DNA of 48,500 nucleotides, counting the filler, from Circinaria calcarea (Eukaryota): the NCBI GenBank assembly GCA_051942165.1. It is 2 parts of 2 records of this genome, joined end to end, with 100 filler letters (N's around TTAATTAATTAA, not from the genome) between each part and the next. Parts side by side here need not be neighbours in the genome. Positions count along the whole stretch, not along the records: positions 24,324 to 48,500 come from JAVECS010000109.1; 1 more part is not named here. One strand, written 5' to 3'. This document shows, one piece after another, positions 24,770 to 37,866 of this stretch. Both the position numbers and the translations under genes were made by a program. The stretch's first letter is position 1, and every line of letters begins with the position of its first letter. The notes under the pieces are model-generated. The model was not told the DNA's origin, did no database searches, and saw only the letters and a program-made list of their open reading frames with translations.

Positions 24770-24914
24770 CTAAAAGCAGCTAGCCGCGAGGGACGGAAAA
24801 CAAGACTGATCCGAATGCTAGTTGATGCTGGCGCAAATGTAAACGCACAAAGGCCATTGTTCGAAATAGTATTGCGTTCAACGCGAGTGATGGGGGCATA
24901 AGGAGGTGGTGCGA
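24770..24914 (+). pseudogene. Isolated ankyrin-repeat relic
   Basis: Translates LKAASREG...LIRMLVDAGANVNAQ...then, after a frameshift, GHKEVVR. Confidence 0.5.
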
Positions 24915-25000
24915 GACAGTGGTAGTTTGTATCTCTGTACCGCTATAAAGTTTTGCTGGCTACCTTACTCAGAACCCTAACTGCTCCTCCATTTCGCGGC

Positions 25001-26839
25001 TTAGACAATGCCAAGCTCGATCCTCTGGGGGGCGATGCTAGCGTTGCTGCTTGTGACATTCGCCAGCTCAAGAGCCCCTGACATCGTGGTGGCTGGTATC
25101 GAGCTGTCTGATCTAGATCCCCTAAACCTAGGGCCTCCTAGTAGCTTGCGAACCAGGCCTTTCACATTCGCAGTAGGGCTGTGAAATCCATCTTGGATCG
25201 ACTCTAATGATTGTCCCTTTGTCTCGGGCATCAAAATGGCAAGTACTGCGACTGTGAACAACGACAAGCCCCCAAAAAGAAAGTAGGCGCCATAGGAGGA
25301 GCGGGCGAGGAAGATAGGGGTAGTGAGGGCAACAAGCCAGTTTGTGAACTGTATTTCATCCGTTAATCGCAAAGTAACATAGCACCTCATTTCTCCAAAG
25401 CAGCTTACAAATCCCAATCCTTGAGCAACACTGCTCGCCGCAGCCCTGGTTTGAGCAGGCTGTATCTCGCTCGCATATATCTTCCCGACGACTCCCCAAG
25501 TGGCAACGTAGAAAAGCGCAAAGGCAAAGATTAGTACAATGACAAACCATCTACCTGCACCAGCATGTGCGTGCACACTACTTGTGACGTAGAGGCTTCC
25601 AATGCTGAACATACAGACCGATAACCCTATTCCACCAATGATAGTAGATGTTCTTCTGCCCCAACTGTCCGCATAAAGGAATGCAGGAATCGAAACTGTT
25701 AGCATGAGTATGGCAGACACTCCGGATGCTAAGAATGACGCTGTGCCGTTTGGAAGACCGGCCTGAGCAAAAAGAATGGGAGCGTACTGTTTAAGAGATC
25801 TCTTAGCTGTGATCCATGAAAATACAGTGAGGGTACCAGTTTCAACGTCGGATACGTTGGGATATCGGCTCATACAAGTGCTACTTACATACAGCACCCC
25901 ATCAATACCGCACAATTGAACCATTCCAAGGACAAACAAGCCAAGGATGGTCCTAAATCGGTATTGCCGTTGGAATATCGAGAGGAATGCTTTCGCAGTT
26001 GGAGGTGTGGGTTGAGCCGATGCTGCCGGGCGGAGGATATCCTTCTCGACCTCGACCGCCGAGATGTCAAGGCGCGCTATTTCATACATTGCTTCTTGGC
26101 GCCGGCCGTGAACGAAGAGCCATCGTGGTGAGGTCGGTAAGAAGCGGCAGCTGAGTGCCAAAATAATGGCGGCAACCCCCTGGAGGATAAACGGAAGGCG
26201 CCATGAGAGGGATGAACCGATGCGTATGGACCCATAGCAGGTAAAGTAACCGGCGCAGACGCCGATAGCTGCCATCAACTGAGGCATTGAAACTAGCATG
26301 CCGCGTCGGCTGCTGGGAGCAATCTCACAGATGTATCTAATGAGATGTGCTCAGCACAAAGAGCGGAGGTGGAGGTCAGAGGAAGACAGCATCAAGCTTA
26401 CACCGATACGTTGCTTAACCAGAGGCCTTCGCCCAATCCACCGAGAGCTCGTCCGACTAGAAGCATGGGGAGTTTCGAGGCTCCAGCTTGCAAAACGACA
26501 CCCACTGTAAAGATGAGAGCTCCTATCATGACCACACGTAGGTGGCCATAACGATCCGCCAGCCGCCCGGCAAAGAAAGCCGGAAAGGCGCCGGCCAGCA
26601 TGATCAAGGAGACGGTAAAGCCATGGATGCTGGGAGTGAGCACGCCAAAGGTCTTTTCGAAGTAGGGCATCGTGGTCACAGCGCCGATAGAGCCCGTATC
26701 GAAGCTTTGCAGCAGTCAATTCGTTGAAACAGAGAAGCTCGTGGCTTTGGGAATGCCCAGCGTACCCATTCAGCAGCCCACCGATTGAAGTGATGGACGC
26801 AGCTATCATCCAACCTGGTACACGTGATGGCGTCCACAT
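25001..26839 (-). CDS. MFS sugar porter family transporter, multi-exon
   Basis: SIGGLLNG|FDTG, GRLADRYG, GRALGGLGEG, SWRLPF, PTSPRWL, QLCGID, DSWGRR, SEIQP, MPETKG. Confidence 0.9.
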
Positions 26840-27358
26840 GACTACGGACGCTCCCAGAGACAACTTCTTCAATCTGGTTGAAATCGGTAGTATGCTGGAG
26901 CGTGCAAGAGATGAGTTTTCCCAGAGGAGGATTTGATTGAATCCTTATAAGCACTATGGCTCCATTTTCCCATTCCCCACGACAAGTCGGACCCCGTAAA
27001 TCACCCCTCGGCCTATCAGGAGAGAGGAGGAGATACGGATGACGCACTTTATTCCGCCAACGGCTTGATAAGCAAATCTCTACAACTGATTCAGCCAATT
27101 GCCAGCTCCAACCATCCCCGCAAAAAGCCATCAGCCCTTCTCGAAGGATTCAAAAGCCACACGAAGCCATGTCGAACTCTAATTCCGCCATCGTCCTACT
27201 CTACTCATAGTTAACCCCAGTCACCGATCAGCAATAGTGTCAGATAAGAAAGGGGGGGGGAATACGGTTCCATGTAAACCCCAAGGCAGAGAGGGAGGAG
27301 CAGAAAGGCAGTACGGCATGTTGGACAGTTTCGCAAACTACGCATCTTCAAGGGCAAT

Positions 27359-27388
27359 GGTTCAGGTTCAGGTTCAGGTTCAGGTTCA
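27359..27388. repeat. Hexanucleotide microsatellite (GGTTCA)5
   Basis: Five perfect copies. Confidence 0.9.
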
Positions 27389-28037
27389 AAGAGAGCTCAA
27401 GATGGATGGAAGGTGGAAGCCAAACAAGTCCAACCGTTCCTCTCGATTACATCGTCGCCAGATCAATCCCCGTGGTCCCCAAACACTCCTCCTCCTCCTT
27501 CTTCTTCCCTATCTTGCCCTACTCTCGGCCTTTTCTAGCATGGCCACGGCAGTAACAACACTAACGGGGGAGAAAACATCAGCCAACTCTCGAGCAACCA
27601 TATGGACATCCAGTAATTTTCCTAAACCCCCCAAATATCCACAGGAGAAAACACATCATATGATCGGCTCCGTCGGGAGAAGTAGAAGCAGCAAAATGCG
27701 TAGCATCGCATTGGTATCGGCGTTCATCAAAAACCTCCGGCCCCCGCCCCCGAGCCCCGTCCGTCCTGGATGCAATTAATGACATTATGGGATGGCGCCC
27801 CTCATGAAAAACGCCCGTGGAAATGCTGTGGAAATGCCGTAAAGAATGATGACCTCGTACCCACCGCGTGTGGATCCGATCTGCCGTCGCATCGAAAATG
27901 CAAGAAAGAAAAAGCATGCGTGAATGAGTACACTTCTGATATCCTCACTCTGGAAGGACGGTAGCATCGGGATGGTTTAGGAACCTCGACCTCGGCCTCG
28001 AACAGATTCGCAGCCGGCATGGAAAGTCCAAGATGAT

Positions 28038-31000
28038 TCAGGGAGCTTCCAGGCTTTCCGGGCTGATCATCCCCCCCTCGGTGGTATGGTCACCCATCCC
28101 GTTGGCCTTCTTGTGCTGCACTCCCTTCTCCCTGATCCTCTCCAGCCCCGTCATACCGTCATCAACGTCCCCATCCGCATCCGCATCCCCGTCTGCGTCC
28201 GCATCTGCATCCATATCCACGTCTCGACTTTCGCTCCTCTCCATTGCCGGTTCGAAAACACTGCCCCCTACTTTTGCTTTCCCTAGCGCAGATTTCCCCA
28301 CCCCGCCTTTCGCACCCTTTTCTTTTTCCTTCTCCTTCTCTTTCTCCGGTCCATCATCCTTGACCCATAGCCCTCCTTCCACCAACTTCATCTTCTTCCG
28401 TGGATGCCCCTTTCCAGGCCCAGCCTCCCTCACAGGCTTCTTACGGGGACTGCTAATCTTTCCGGTAGGCGGCAGCCTGGGTTTTGGAAATCGTTGTTTC
28501 TGGGGTAGATCCTCGTCCTCGACCAGCTGGGCATTATTATTAGCGTGGAGTTTAGCCAGGAAGAAGGGCTGGACAAGGCCGATTTCTTTCTCGATTGATT
28601 CTATTGTTATAGGCGGATACGCGGGAGGCGGAGGTAGCGCCGTTGGGAGGGTGGACGTGGAGCTAGGAATCATATCAGTGATTGCTCGTAATGAACCAGG
28701 AGGAAACAAGCATACCTGATGTTCTGCGCTTGATAGGCATTGTGCATCCTGTTCTGCAGCAGGTGTAAAGGTACGCTAAGAGAGGTCAAGCCGAACTCCT
28801 TATCCAAACCAAGGTCCTTGAAACCAAAAAAGTCCTCATCTAGGTCTTCTGCAAAGTCACCGCCAACAAACTGATCGCTGCCATCGTTGAAGGCATTTAC
28901 TCCATCAGGACCTGCATCGGTGAGTGCAGGTCGTAGGAGATCTGCCAAATGTGCCTTCATCCTATCATGCATCACGCCGAGTTTGCCGCTTAGACGATCG
29001 ACATCTTCCTTGACGTAGCTTTCAAGAGATTCAACATCTATACCATTTTCGTGGAGACAATGAAGAAGGATTTCCTCGGTAGAGAATTTTGGTCGGTATG
29101 TCGTCTTGGTTTGCGTCGATCCAGGAACAGCCGTGGCGGTGGGTACTTTTGGAACTTGCATATAACTTCCAAGATCTCTTGCGAGCTTCACAATATAATC
29201 ACTAGCCATATCGGTCATGGCTTCCACGGCCGATGGTTGGAATTCTTCGAAGCCAGCATGGTAAAAGATCTTGCCTACGGAACGTTGTAAGGCGGCGCGA
29301 CAAACTGTTTGTGACATGATGGGGCCGTCATCGGAAACGACGTGAGGCTCGATGTCTTGTTCCACGAAAGGTTCGGGATCGTATTTTTGAAACTGGTTTT
29401 GATACATCTAAGGAAAGCAAGTCAGATGCTTCAAATATCACGACTCAAAACCGGGTGAGCTCACCTGTGATTGCAGTTGCATCTGCTTTACGATCCCTAT
29501 CTTGGTGCATATCTTCCTCGTTTCCTGCATTTGACGCATATTACTTTCCATTTTCTTCGTGAAGGTGCTTTCCGGAGAAGTGAAAAGGCCCTTGGGAACC
29601 AGATGAAGAGTCTCTTCCGAGTTTGAAATCACCTGACCTTCTGCATCTTCAATCCATTGCAGTTTCGGGTATAGGTCTGGAATCGCAGCCATGGTGTCGT
29701 AGTAGTCTGGAAGTACTTTCTCTTCATTTCCCTCCATTCCCTCGGCCAAAGTTTCTCCGCTTGGCCCTGCCTCACCATCATCTGTGATGCTTCTTTTCCG
29801 CTTACCCAAGACACCTTCACCACCGAAATCTTTTTGCTTTCGCAACCACCGTCTCATGCCAACCTTATTCCTTAGCAATGCTGGTTCATCGGGATTGATT
29901 TGATCGCCTTTAAACAGTCGATACCTTTCTGCAGCGACAAGGGCGCGATCACGCTTTGTTACCTGCTTCCATACCTTGTATTCTGGGTCATCATGGTCAC
30001 TTGCAGGAACACCCAAAGCGTGGATACCATTTGCAGAATTACCAAAAGCGTCCATGTCCATTGGGTCCGCTTGACTTCCAGGGGGTACGCTTCCCAAGAC
30101 ACCGTTCAAGCCGGCAGGGGTCATGGTTCCAGGCGGTGGTGTAGATAAACCAGTCTGGGTACCGTCCATGACTATGTCAGAATCCGCCCGCAAAAAGTCG
30201 TTTTTCAAGTTCATGTTAGAGCCATTCGAGTTTAGGTTATGAGATGCTGGTTTGGACTCAACACCAGGTGTACCTTCGAAGCCTCCGGTCGGTGCCTTGC
30301 GCGCATTTGAACCCTTTTTGGCTTTCTTTCCAGGAGCCTTGCGGCCCCTTGACGATATTATCGGCTCATCGTCACTATCTTCGCCAGCATCAAGATCTCC
30401 ATCAACATTTTGCTGCCTACGTTCTTCGGCTTCCACTTCTGCCCGGTCTCTGATGGTAATATCTGGTATCAACGGGACGAGCTTCTCCGTTTCCTTTCGC
30501 ATAAAGAGAGCATGCCTGCGGAGGAAATGTTCGGGATTAGCGTTGTACTTTAGACAGTTTGCCCATATCAGATTCAGATCTTCAACGAATTCCTGCTTGG
30601 ATTTGTATTGTACGGCCTTGAGCTTTTTGGTCATTGAACTTAAATCCATCGGATGCTTAATAACTGAATTCACCATCAGCTTAATTGACATCTGGGCATC
30701 TTTAAAAACTCACTGTTGTAATAGTCAGGTGCATCTCTCTTATTGACTCGTTGCAGAAAGGGCTGAGAGTGTTCTGTCATAGCCTTGACTTCACTCAAGA
30801 CCTTCTCTGCGGCTTCATACAACTCCTCCTGTCCCACCTTGTCCACACTGTACCACTTACTCCTATTCTTCTTAACTTCGATCATAAGGTTTCGGAGCTC
30901 TTGGTCTGAAGCTTTGCACTTTTCTCTCTTCGCATCGATACGTGCAATCAAGTGTTTGAGTACCAAACTTGAAGCTCCAAGGTTTGCTTGGCTTAATGAC

Positions 31001-31779
31001 CCCTCGGAAGTATTGTGGACCGCTGCGCTCGCTTGACCGGACATCTCCACATCCACTTGGCGATCCGACTCTTCAAGCTTTTGTTGCTCCAGCATAGCAT
31101 CTCTGTCATTGTCGAGGGTGTAGAACATGCATTGGAAGCTACGCTTTGCCTCCTCTTCGGCCGCTTTCTTGTCTTCTTCAAGTCGCTTACGTACATCGTC
31201 TGATGTCTTGCCCTGCCATGGTGTAGACGAGCTCTGGACGCTGGTGGGTGTTGGACTAAGAGGTATCCCCAATGGTTTGGTAGGGGAAGATATTCGCGGT
31301 ATGGTGGATGCGCCAGTGCTTTTTGCTTTGAGCGGGGAGACGTGGGTAGCAGGCTCGTCGTCTTCATCGTCGGAATCATCGTAGTCGTCCTCGTTGATAG
31401 TTCTTGCTCGCTTCTTTGGCGGCGGCGCGGGTTGTTCAGAATCCTCCCCAATAGCCCCTCCATTCCGCAGTTTCTCTTGTTCGCCAATATCCTTTTGCCA
31501 TCCTATCAACTCGCCACCTTCGCTCCCAAAGAGTGCATTAAGCCTTGCCTCGCTTTGGGTATAGAGTGCTCGAAAAAGGCTGAGTTTAGGATCCTCCTCT
31601 GAGCTGGATACCCCCTCTGGCGGATTTCCTAATTGGGAAACGGTGGATTGTTGCAAGGACAAGTTAGGCGTTCTGGACCGCGAAGGGCCTCGATGGAAGC
31701 CATTGACTTGTAGCGCATTCCCGCCCTCGGCGCGTGAACTCGTGGGAGTAGAGTTGATGTGATTTCCTAGCGACGACAT
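28038..31779 (-). CDS. SPT7: SAGA complex bromodomain subunit Spt7, 4 exons
   Basis: Bromodomain [25 protein letters not shown]...[10 protein letters not shown]; histone-fold region [13 protein letters not shown]-terminus [11 protein letters not shown]. Confidence 0.95.
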
Positions 31780-32226
31780 CTTTCATCACCCCTCGCCCAC
31801 CAGAATGGCAGGGGTGGCTCCACCTTGAAAGGCGGCGCCAGCGGTCGGCTTTGAAGTGTCGCTAACTAGTAAGAGTGACATGAAGCGACAGCTGACATAT
31901 TGTCGAGCTGAATGCCGAAGTTTGAAGCCCCAGATCGATGAGGGATGGTGGTATTCTGATGGAGAAGTTTGTCGCGATTTGCTGCGGATTTGGACGTGGG
32001 TTGAACATGAAGTCAAAGTTTCGCCGAATGAATTACGTCGGAAAATCATTTTACCGGTATTCTATTGATTCGGGAGATGCTATTGAGATCTATTTCGCAC
32101 TCGTAGCAGACAACTTCTTCCATGTGAGAGACAGCAGCAATACTCAGGCCTTCGCCTTCTCGTTGGACTTGCAGGATTGAAAATTCTCCAGATGTTCTAG
32201 AGCGAAGCTGATGCTGCTTCATTAAG

Positions 32227-32927
32227 ATGCGCATCAGACTCCCATTCGCCGGTAAGTGGAGGCTACCCCATATCCGGTGGAGACGTTCTCATCCTGACGC
32301 AAATCTCTCCTATTAGGTGCCTTCCTCGTACTGCTCCTCGCTTCAGCATATGTCGGCCTCACATCACTCCAAATACCATCCATCAATGACAAAATCTTAC
32401 ATTTTCTAACCTTCTTCCTCCTTACGGTACAATCCCAGACCACGCTGTCAAGTCTCTGTCCATAATCTAACCCTTACTCTCAGCTCACCTTCTACTGGAT
32501 CCTTGATACCTCCCGCCGGCGGGCTGTCCATACGACCTTCCTCCTCATCACCATCGTCGTCGGCATCGGCTCCGAGTTCCTTCAGGCCATCCTACCCAAT
32601 GGCCGCATTTTCGATGCTCTAGATATCGCCGCCAATATCATTGGCTCTGTTAGCGCAATAGGGCTATGTACACTGTATCATAAACGGATGTTGGAGCGGA
32701 AGAGAAAAAGGAAATTGGAAGGGTATGGAATTGTGGGCGGGGGAGATGGAACGGAAGACTTGGAGTTGGGAGAAGGAGGCGGCGCGGAGCAGGAGATTGG
32801 GGTTGTGGATCCGAATAAGAACGACGAGGACGATGAGGGAGCAGAGGTGTGGGACGAGATTGGCGGGGATGGGAGTGTGGATGAGGAGGTAGGGAAGCTG
32901 ACGCCGAGCAGTGGAAGTGCTGAATGA
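32227..32927 (+). CDS. VanZ-like family membrane protein, 3 exons
   Basis: Spliced MRIRLPFAG|AFLVLL...INDKILHFLTFFLLT|LTFYWILD...GSEFLQAILPNGRIFDALDIAANIIG...YHKRMLERKR, then an acidic tail. Confidence 0.85.
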
Positions 32928-33500
32928 TCTTCGGCCATGTGATTATAGGGGCTCTTTACAGGAAAGTACCTGGACTACACAAGCGCTGTCCACAACTGTA
33001 TTTGTTTGGGATTGTCTTGGTACCTCAGGCAATGCTTACAATTACAACCACTGTAAAGTTACAAACAACAAGGTAAATCACCATGTCGGATAAGGATGTC
33101 GACAGATCAGTTCCTAACGACTCTTATATACCGCTGATTCTAACTCGCTACTCAGAGGGCGGTATACGCTGTCTGCCTTGTATTAAGATCCCCGGGGTTT
33201 ACATCTATCAACAAGGGTATCGTGAAGGCCGAGAGACAACCGCCGACGCGCCTATTCCACCAGGATAAAAGTAAACAGAAGCGACCTTGACATCCAGCAT
33301 AAGCGTAATTCAAATTCGCCTTGAAGATTGATCCTCCGGATGGACGCACATCGCTACAAAAGCATCTGATAAATCAATGCGCCAAGTGCACATGCCAAAA
33401 TGCCAAAACCCCCAGCGATAATAACCATGTCGTTGCCAAGAAGGCGAAGACGACGACGATATGCTAACGCAATATCAGAACGAACGTAGACGAGAGTATG

Positions 33501-34885
33501 CTAAGGTGTTTTTGGGGCCTTGCCTTCGCCACTAATATCAACAGCAGGCCCGGCTCGTACTTTATCACGCAGAAATACTGCTCTCAGGCCCCTGGAGAGC
33601 TTCCTTGCCTTAGGCGATGGCTCCCCGCGGTTAGGGGAAGATGGTTGCTCGGCAGCCGAAAGATCGGCCTCGCGTGCGGCAGCTTCCAGTAGCTGCTTTT
33701 GTTGTTGGGTCTGATATTCCCTTCGCAGCACATCGTAAAGGTACTGAAATTGATCCGGGCTCTGCACCATTGTCATGCGCTGCCGCCTCAACGCATCTAC
33801 AGTCTCATATATCATGTCTTCGGATACAGCGGCTTCGGCGACCCTACCAATCTCAAGTTCAGCCAGTAGATGCTCCAATGCAACAAACGTTCCGGACCGA
33901 CCAACGCCAGCACTGCAATGAATGATCCTTGGGTTCTCTGGTACGTCATTCTTTTCCTTGGAGAGCTTGATAAGTTCGAGCAAGGAAGCACAGCCTTCGT
34001 GATCTGGTACGCCGTGGTCCGACCACCCCAGAAAGAGTAGATGCCATACAGTCTTCTTGCTCTCACCACAGGTCATCAAAAGTTGCCGTACGGTTGATTT
34101 CGAAGCTTCGTCATAATTTTTCTCAACGACTTTCACCTGGCCCTCGCACGCTTCTCCCGTCTCGCTCGTCAAGCCAACTTGGAGAGTGTCGCTACCAACG
34201 TCTTCAGGGTAGTATTGATAGCACTTTTCTCTGATACCTTCGGCCAGTTGAGTGAGCATCACAATCACAGCAACTTCGGACGTTTCTTGCCAGATCATTT
34301 GCCAAAATTCATCAAGACCCGTTTGTTTCGGACCCTTGACATGAGGCACAATTAGCTGTTATCAGATTTAGTATCCCAACGGGTCAATGCACTCACCTGT
34401 GTTGCGATGTACTTTCGTTCGCTCCCGGTTTTCGAACAGCGAAGAGAGATGGGCGATGCATTGATATAATCACAGCTGCCATCTGGTACCTTCAGACGGA
34501 TTCGTGCATTCGCCCAAGGCGAGACATCTGCGTAGCGATTCCTCAGTCTCGATTCCCTCGTGGTGTTGAGTGCCCATTGTGAAGATGGATGTCGGCCCTG
34601 GAGGATACGCTGATTCTGTTGCCATTGCAAAGCATCAAATTTCTGCAAGATTTCTGTGGCAGGTCAGGCGCACTATGCGGCATGATGCATAGTTTTCTAT
34701 GCAGCCCAAGGGAACGTACCAGCATTAGATTGACGCAGGAATGCAGGTAAGCTAAGATCGCTCGAATCACCAGCACACTCGGACGCCGTGGGCACCGGCG
34801 TGGCACTTGAGGACCCTTGACTGTCTGAAGAGCGAGAGCGCTTGAAAGACGACGGGGCAGGGCTGATCTTCAACGGTGCTGGCAT
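33501..34885 (-). CDS. Classical protein-tyrosine phosphatase (Ptp1-like), multi-exon
   Basis: RNRYADV, DYINAS, YIATQ|GP, FWQMIWQ, KCYQYYP, WSDHG, HCSAGVGRSG, MVQS. Confidence 0.92.
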
Positions 34886-35577
34886 TCTGGGGGCCCTACG
34901 TCTTGGCACCGATACACGAAGGGAAGCCAGGGAATAGCACTGAAGGCCAATGAAAGTATTTGACTCAACGAGCAAAACAGAGAAGCAGGGCAAAGGTAGT
35001 CTTGCTGAGAATCAAGTGCTCGCATAGGCGTGGCCCCAGCGGAGTAGAAATGCGGTGATGGGCTGTCCAATATGCTCGCGCCTATTGTTGTAGGTAGATG
35101 TCATCCACAGTGGTGCAATTAAGCTCATGAAGCAGCTGAACAAGAAAGATGATTCGGAGAGAAGGTCGGGGTAATCTACCGGTCATTGATCATGACTCTA
35201 TAACGAATTTACACAAAAATCTAGCAAGTTTTTTGGACAAACACAAACTCTGGTGATGATGGTAGGAAACCGATCAGTCAAGCAGCTAAAGCCCTGTTTG
35301 CGTCTTTATTCTTTCTGGTGACCTGCAAGAAAAGCGTAGATATTTAGTTGTGAAGGAGAGGCGAGGGTGATCAGTCTTTTTCGGCCCTGTGTCTAAAAAT
35401 AGGAACCTCCACCAGAGATCGGATAGTTCTTGAATCCTTCCACCTTCATTTCCCATAATACTCCAGATACTGCTCATGACAAACAGCATTGGAATTTGGG
35501 CCCCGGTAGTCTCTGAACCACACGAGATTCTGAGCGGGCGCAAGCGGTACGAGTGTCTATTCGATGGTCTCATTATA

Positions 35578-35992
35578 ATGTGGGTGAGGGTATTAGAGGT
35601 TCAAATCACACACTCTACGACTGTAGTCAGGTATTACTAACAAAAGCGCTTCTACAGGTTTGGCTGACAGCTAGAGTATATGCCCTGAAGTGCCACCTGA
35701 CGAGAGGGAAACCCCTCGCTGAGGATCACATAGCTCCTTCAGAGTCCCGCCTTCCATCAACTCGCGCGCAATGTGCATAAACGGATTCGCCGAATCAGCC
35801 ATGGCAAGGATCCCGAAGAGATGGGAGGGACGAATATAGAGAGTCAGACATGATCATATCCATGTATGAGGCCGAAGCTGACGACCGCTGGTGCCAGCAG
35901 GTCCCGGGGACGCCAATGAAAAAGGATTCCTCGACCACTATCTCGAAGAGCTGAAAGAGCAGTTTCGCGGAGGAAAGCCCCCGGGGAAGTAA
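35578..35992 (+). CDS. Small MRX7-like (MIOREX component 7-like) protein, 4 exons, ~80 aa
   Basis: Exons 35578-35598, 35658-35675, 35734-35842 and 35898-35992 give MWVRVLE|VWLTAR|LLQSPAFHQLARNVHKRIRRISHGKDPEEMGGTNIE|...FLDHYLEELKEQFRGGKPPGK*; all introns GT-AG. Confidence 0.72.
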
Positions 35993-36530
35993 CCACATTC
36001 AATCCGTTGGTGCATAGCGAACGGCGTTGTGCAGGTTGTTGTATTCTATGGTCTCCCAATTCATGGGGCGGTTGGGAGTGTTATGAATAACGAGTACCGA
36101 ACTCTATTATATTCATTTCCCTTTAGATTTCTCTTATCTGAAGTATATACCATCATATCGGATACAAAATTGGGCTACCTCGACGACCCCTCATGTCATT
36201 TGGCTCTCATTCCATCCGGAGAACAAAAATGCGCAGACCTTATGAAACGGTCAAATTTACTACAACCGTTTTTGTGTTCATATCTTGCCGTACACAGCTT
36301 TCGGGCATCATGTAGGTTTTTCTTATGAGAGAAGCAGAGGCCCTTCTTTTCTTTGTCAGTAGCACTTGTTCGGATTATCGAACCGTACCGAGCACGAACG
36401 TCATACAATAGTCATTCTTTTACGAAATGGATCTCATTAACTGCTCATCGCCCGTGAATTTTCCATTGCCATCTACACCAAACTGATAAGTCTCTTTACT
36501 TTTTATGAACTATCACAACTACAGTCAAGG

Positions 36531-37866
36531 ATGCCTTCGGCAATTGTTACAGGAGCGACAGGTAAGCAGCGGAGTTGCCCACATCGTACGCTGTTGTTAA
36601 CACTGAACGTGGTCTCATAGGTATACTGGGGCGCGAGATCGTTGCTGCCCTTGGGAAAGACCCAAAGCAATGGGAGTTTGTCTACGCAGTCTCGCGAAGT
36701 CAAAAGGACGCATATCCTCCACATGTCAAACACAGCTTCATCGACTTGACGGGTGATGCGAAGGGCATGGCAAAGCAGTTGGAGGGCGTCGAGGCAGAAT
36801 ACCTCTTCTTTGCAGCATACCTGCAAAAAGACACCGAGCAAGAGAATTGGGATGTTAATGGTACGGCTGTGCTTCCCAATCATCATTAGATGATAATTGA
36901 TCACGCTTTCTTCCCACCCTAGGCGCCATGGTCCGAAACTTTCTTGACGCTCTTGCTATTACGGGCGCCAACAGGAAGCTAAAACGAGTCCTCCTGACAA
37001 CCGGCGCAAAGCAGTACGGCGTGCACCTTGGCCCAGTCAAAGTTCCCATGGAAGAATCAGACCCATGGATTGACGGACCCGGCCGGCCGCCGAATTTCTA
37101 CTATGCCCAACAGAATATCATCAAGGATCACGCTGCCAAGGCGTCCTGGGACTGGGTCGTCACCTACCCCAACGATGTCATCGGCGTCGCCAAAGGTAAT
37201 TTCATGAACCTTGCTACATCGATTGGTCTGTACGCTGCTATCAGCAAAGAACTGGGGGGGGAAATGCCCTTCCCTGGCAGCGAAACATTCTACACCCGCT
37301 TTGACTCCTTTACTTCTTCCCGCCTTCACGCATCCTTCAGCCTCTGGGCGGCGTTGGAACCCAAATGCTCCAATCAAGCTTTCAACGTCGTGAACGGCGA
37401 AGCCGAGTCCTGGCAAAACCTCTTCCCAAAACTTGCCAAACGCTTTGGCTGCAAGATTCCCCCCAAGCAGTTTGCTTCTCCTGCCGACAAGGAAGCGAGC
37501 TCCGTTGTGAGACTCGCCGAAGCTCCACCTATCGCAGACTTCCCCGCTTCTGCGTTGGGACTGGAAGGCAGCGTTCATCAGGGTGCAGTCGAGCAGCGGA
37601 TTGACCTTGTCAAATGGAGCCAGCGGGACGACGTCAGGAAAGCATGGGAGTCTCTGGCGGAGAGGGAAGCTCTGGACAAGGAGGCCTTTGAGAAGGCGAC
37701 ATGGGGCTTCCTGGGATTCGTACTGGGAAGGAATTACGATCTCGTAATTAGTATGGGTAAGGCCCGGAAATTTGGCTGGTCGGGGTATGTGGATACCTGG
37801 GAGGCCTTGAATGTCTGTTTTGGTGAGTTGGAAGAGGAGAAGAGTTTACCAAAGGGGAAGTTATAA
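36531..37866 (+). CDS. NAD(P)-dependent epimerase/SDR, PRISE (progesterone 5-beta-reductase-like) family, 3 exons
   Basis: MPSAIVTGATG|ILGREIV Rossmann motif; LTTGAKQYG, PNFYY, NQAFNVVNG, SMGKARKFGW. Confidence 0.9.

Noticed and set aside
27237..28020. ORFs between the MFS transporter and SPT7
   Set aside because: Driven by microsatellite and low-complexity sequence; consistent with UTR/promoter DNA
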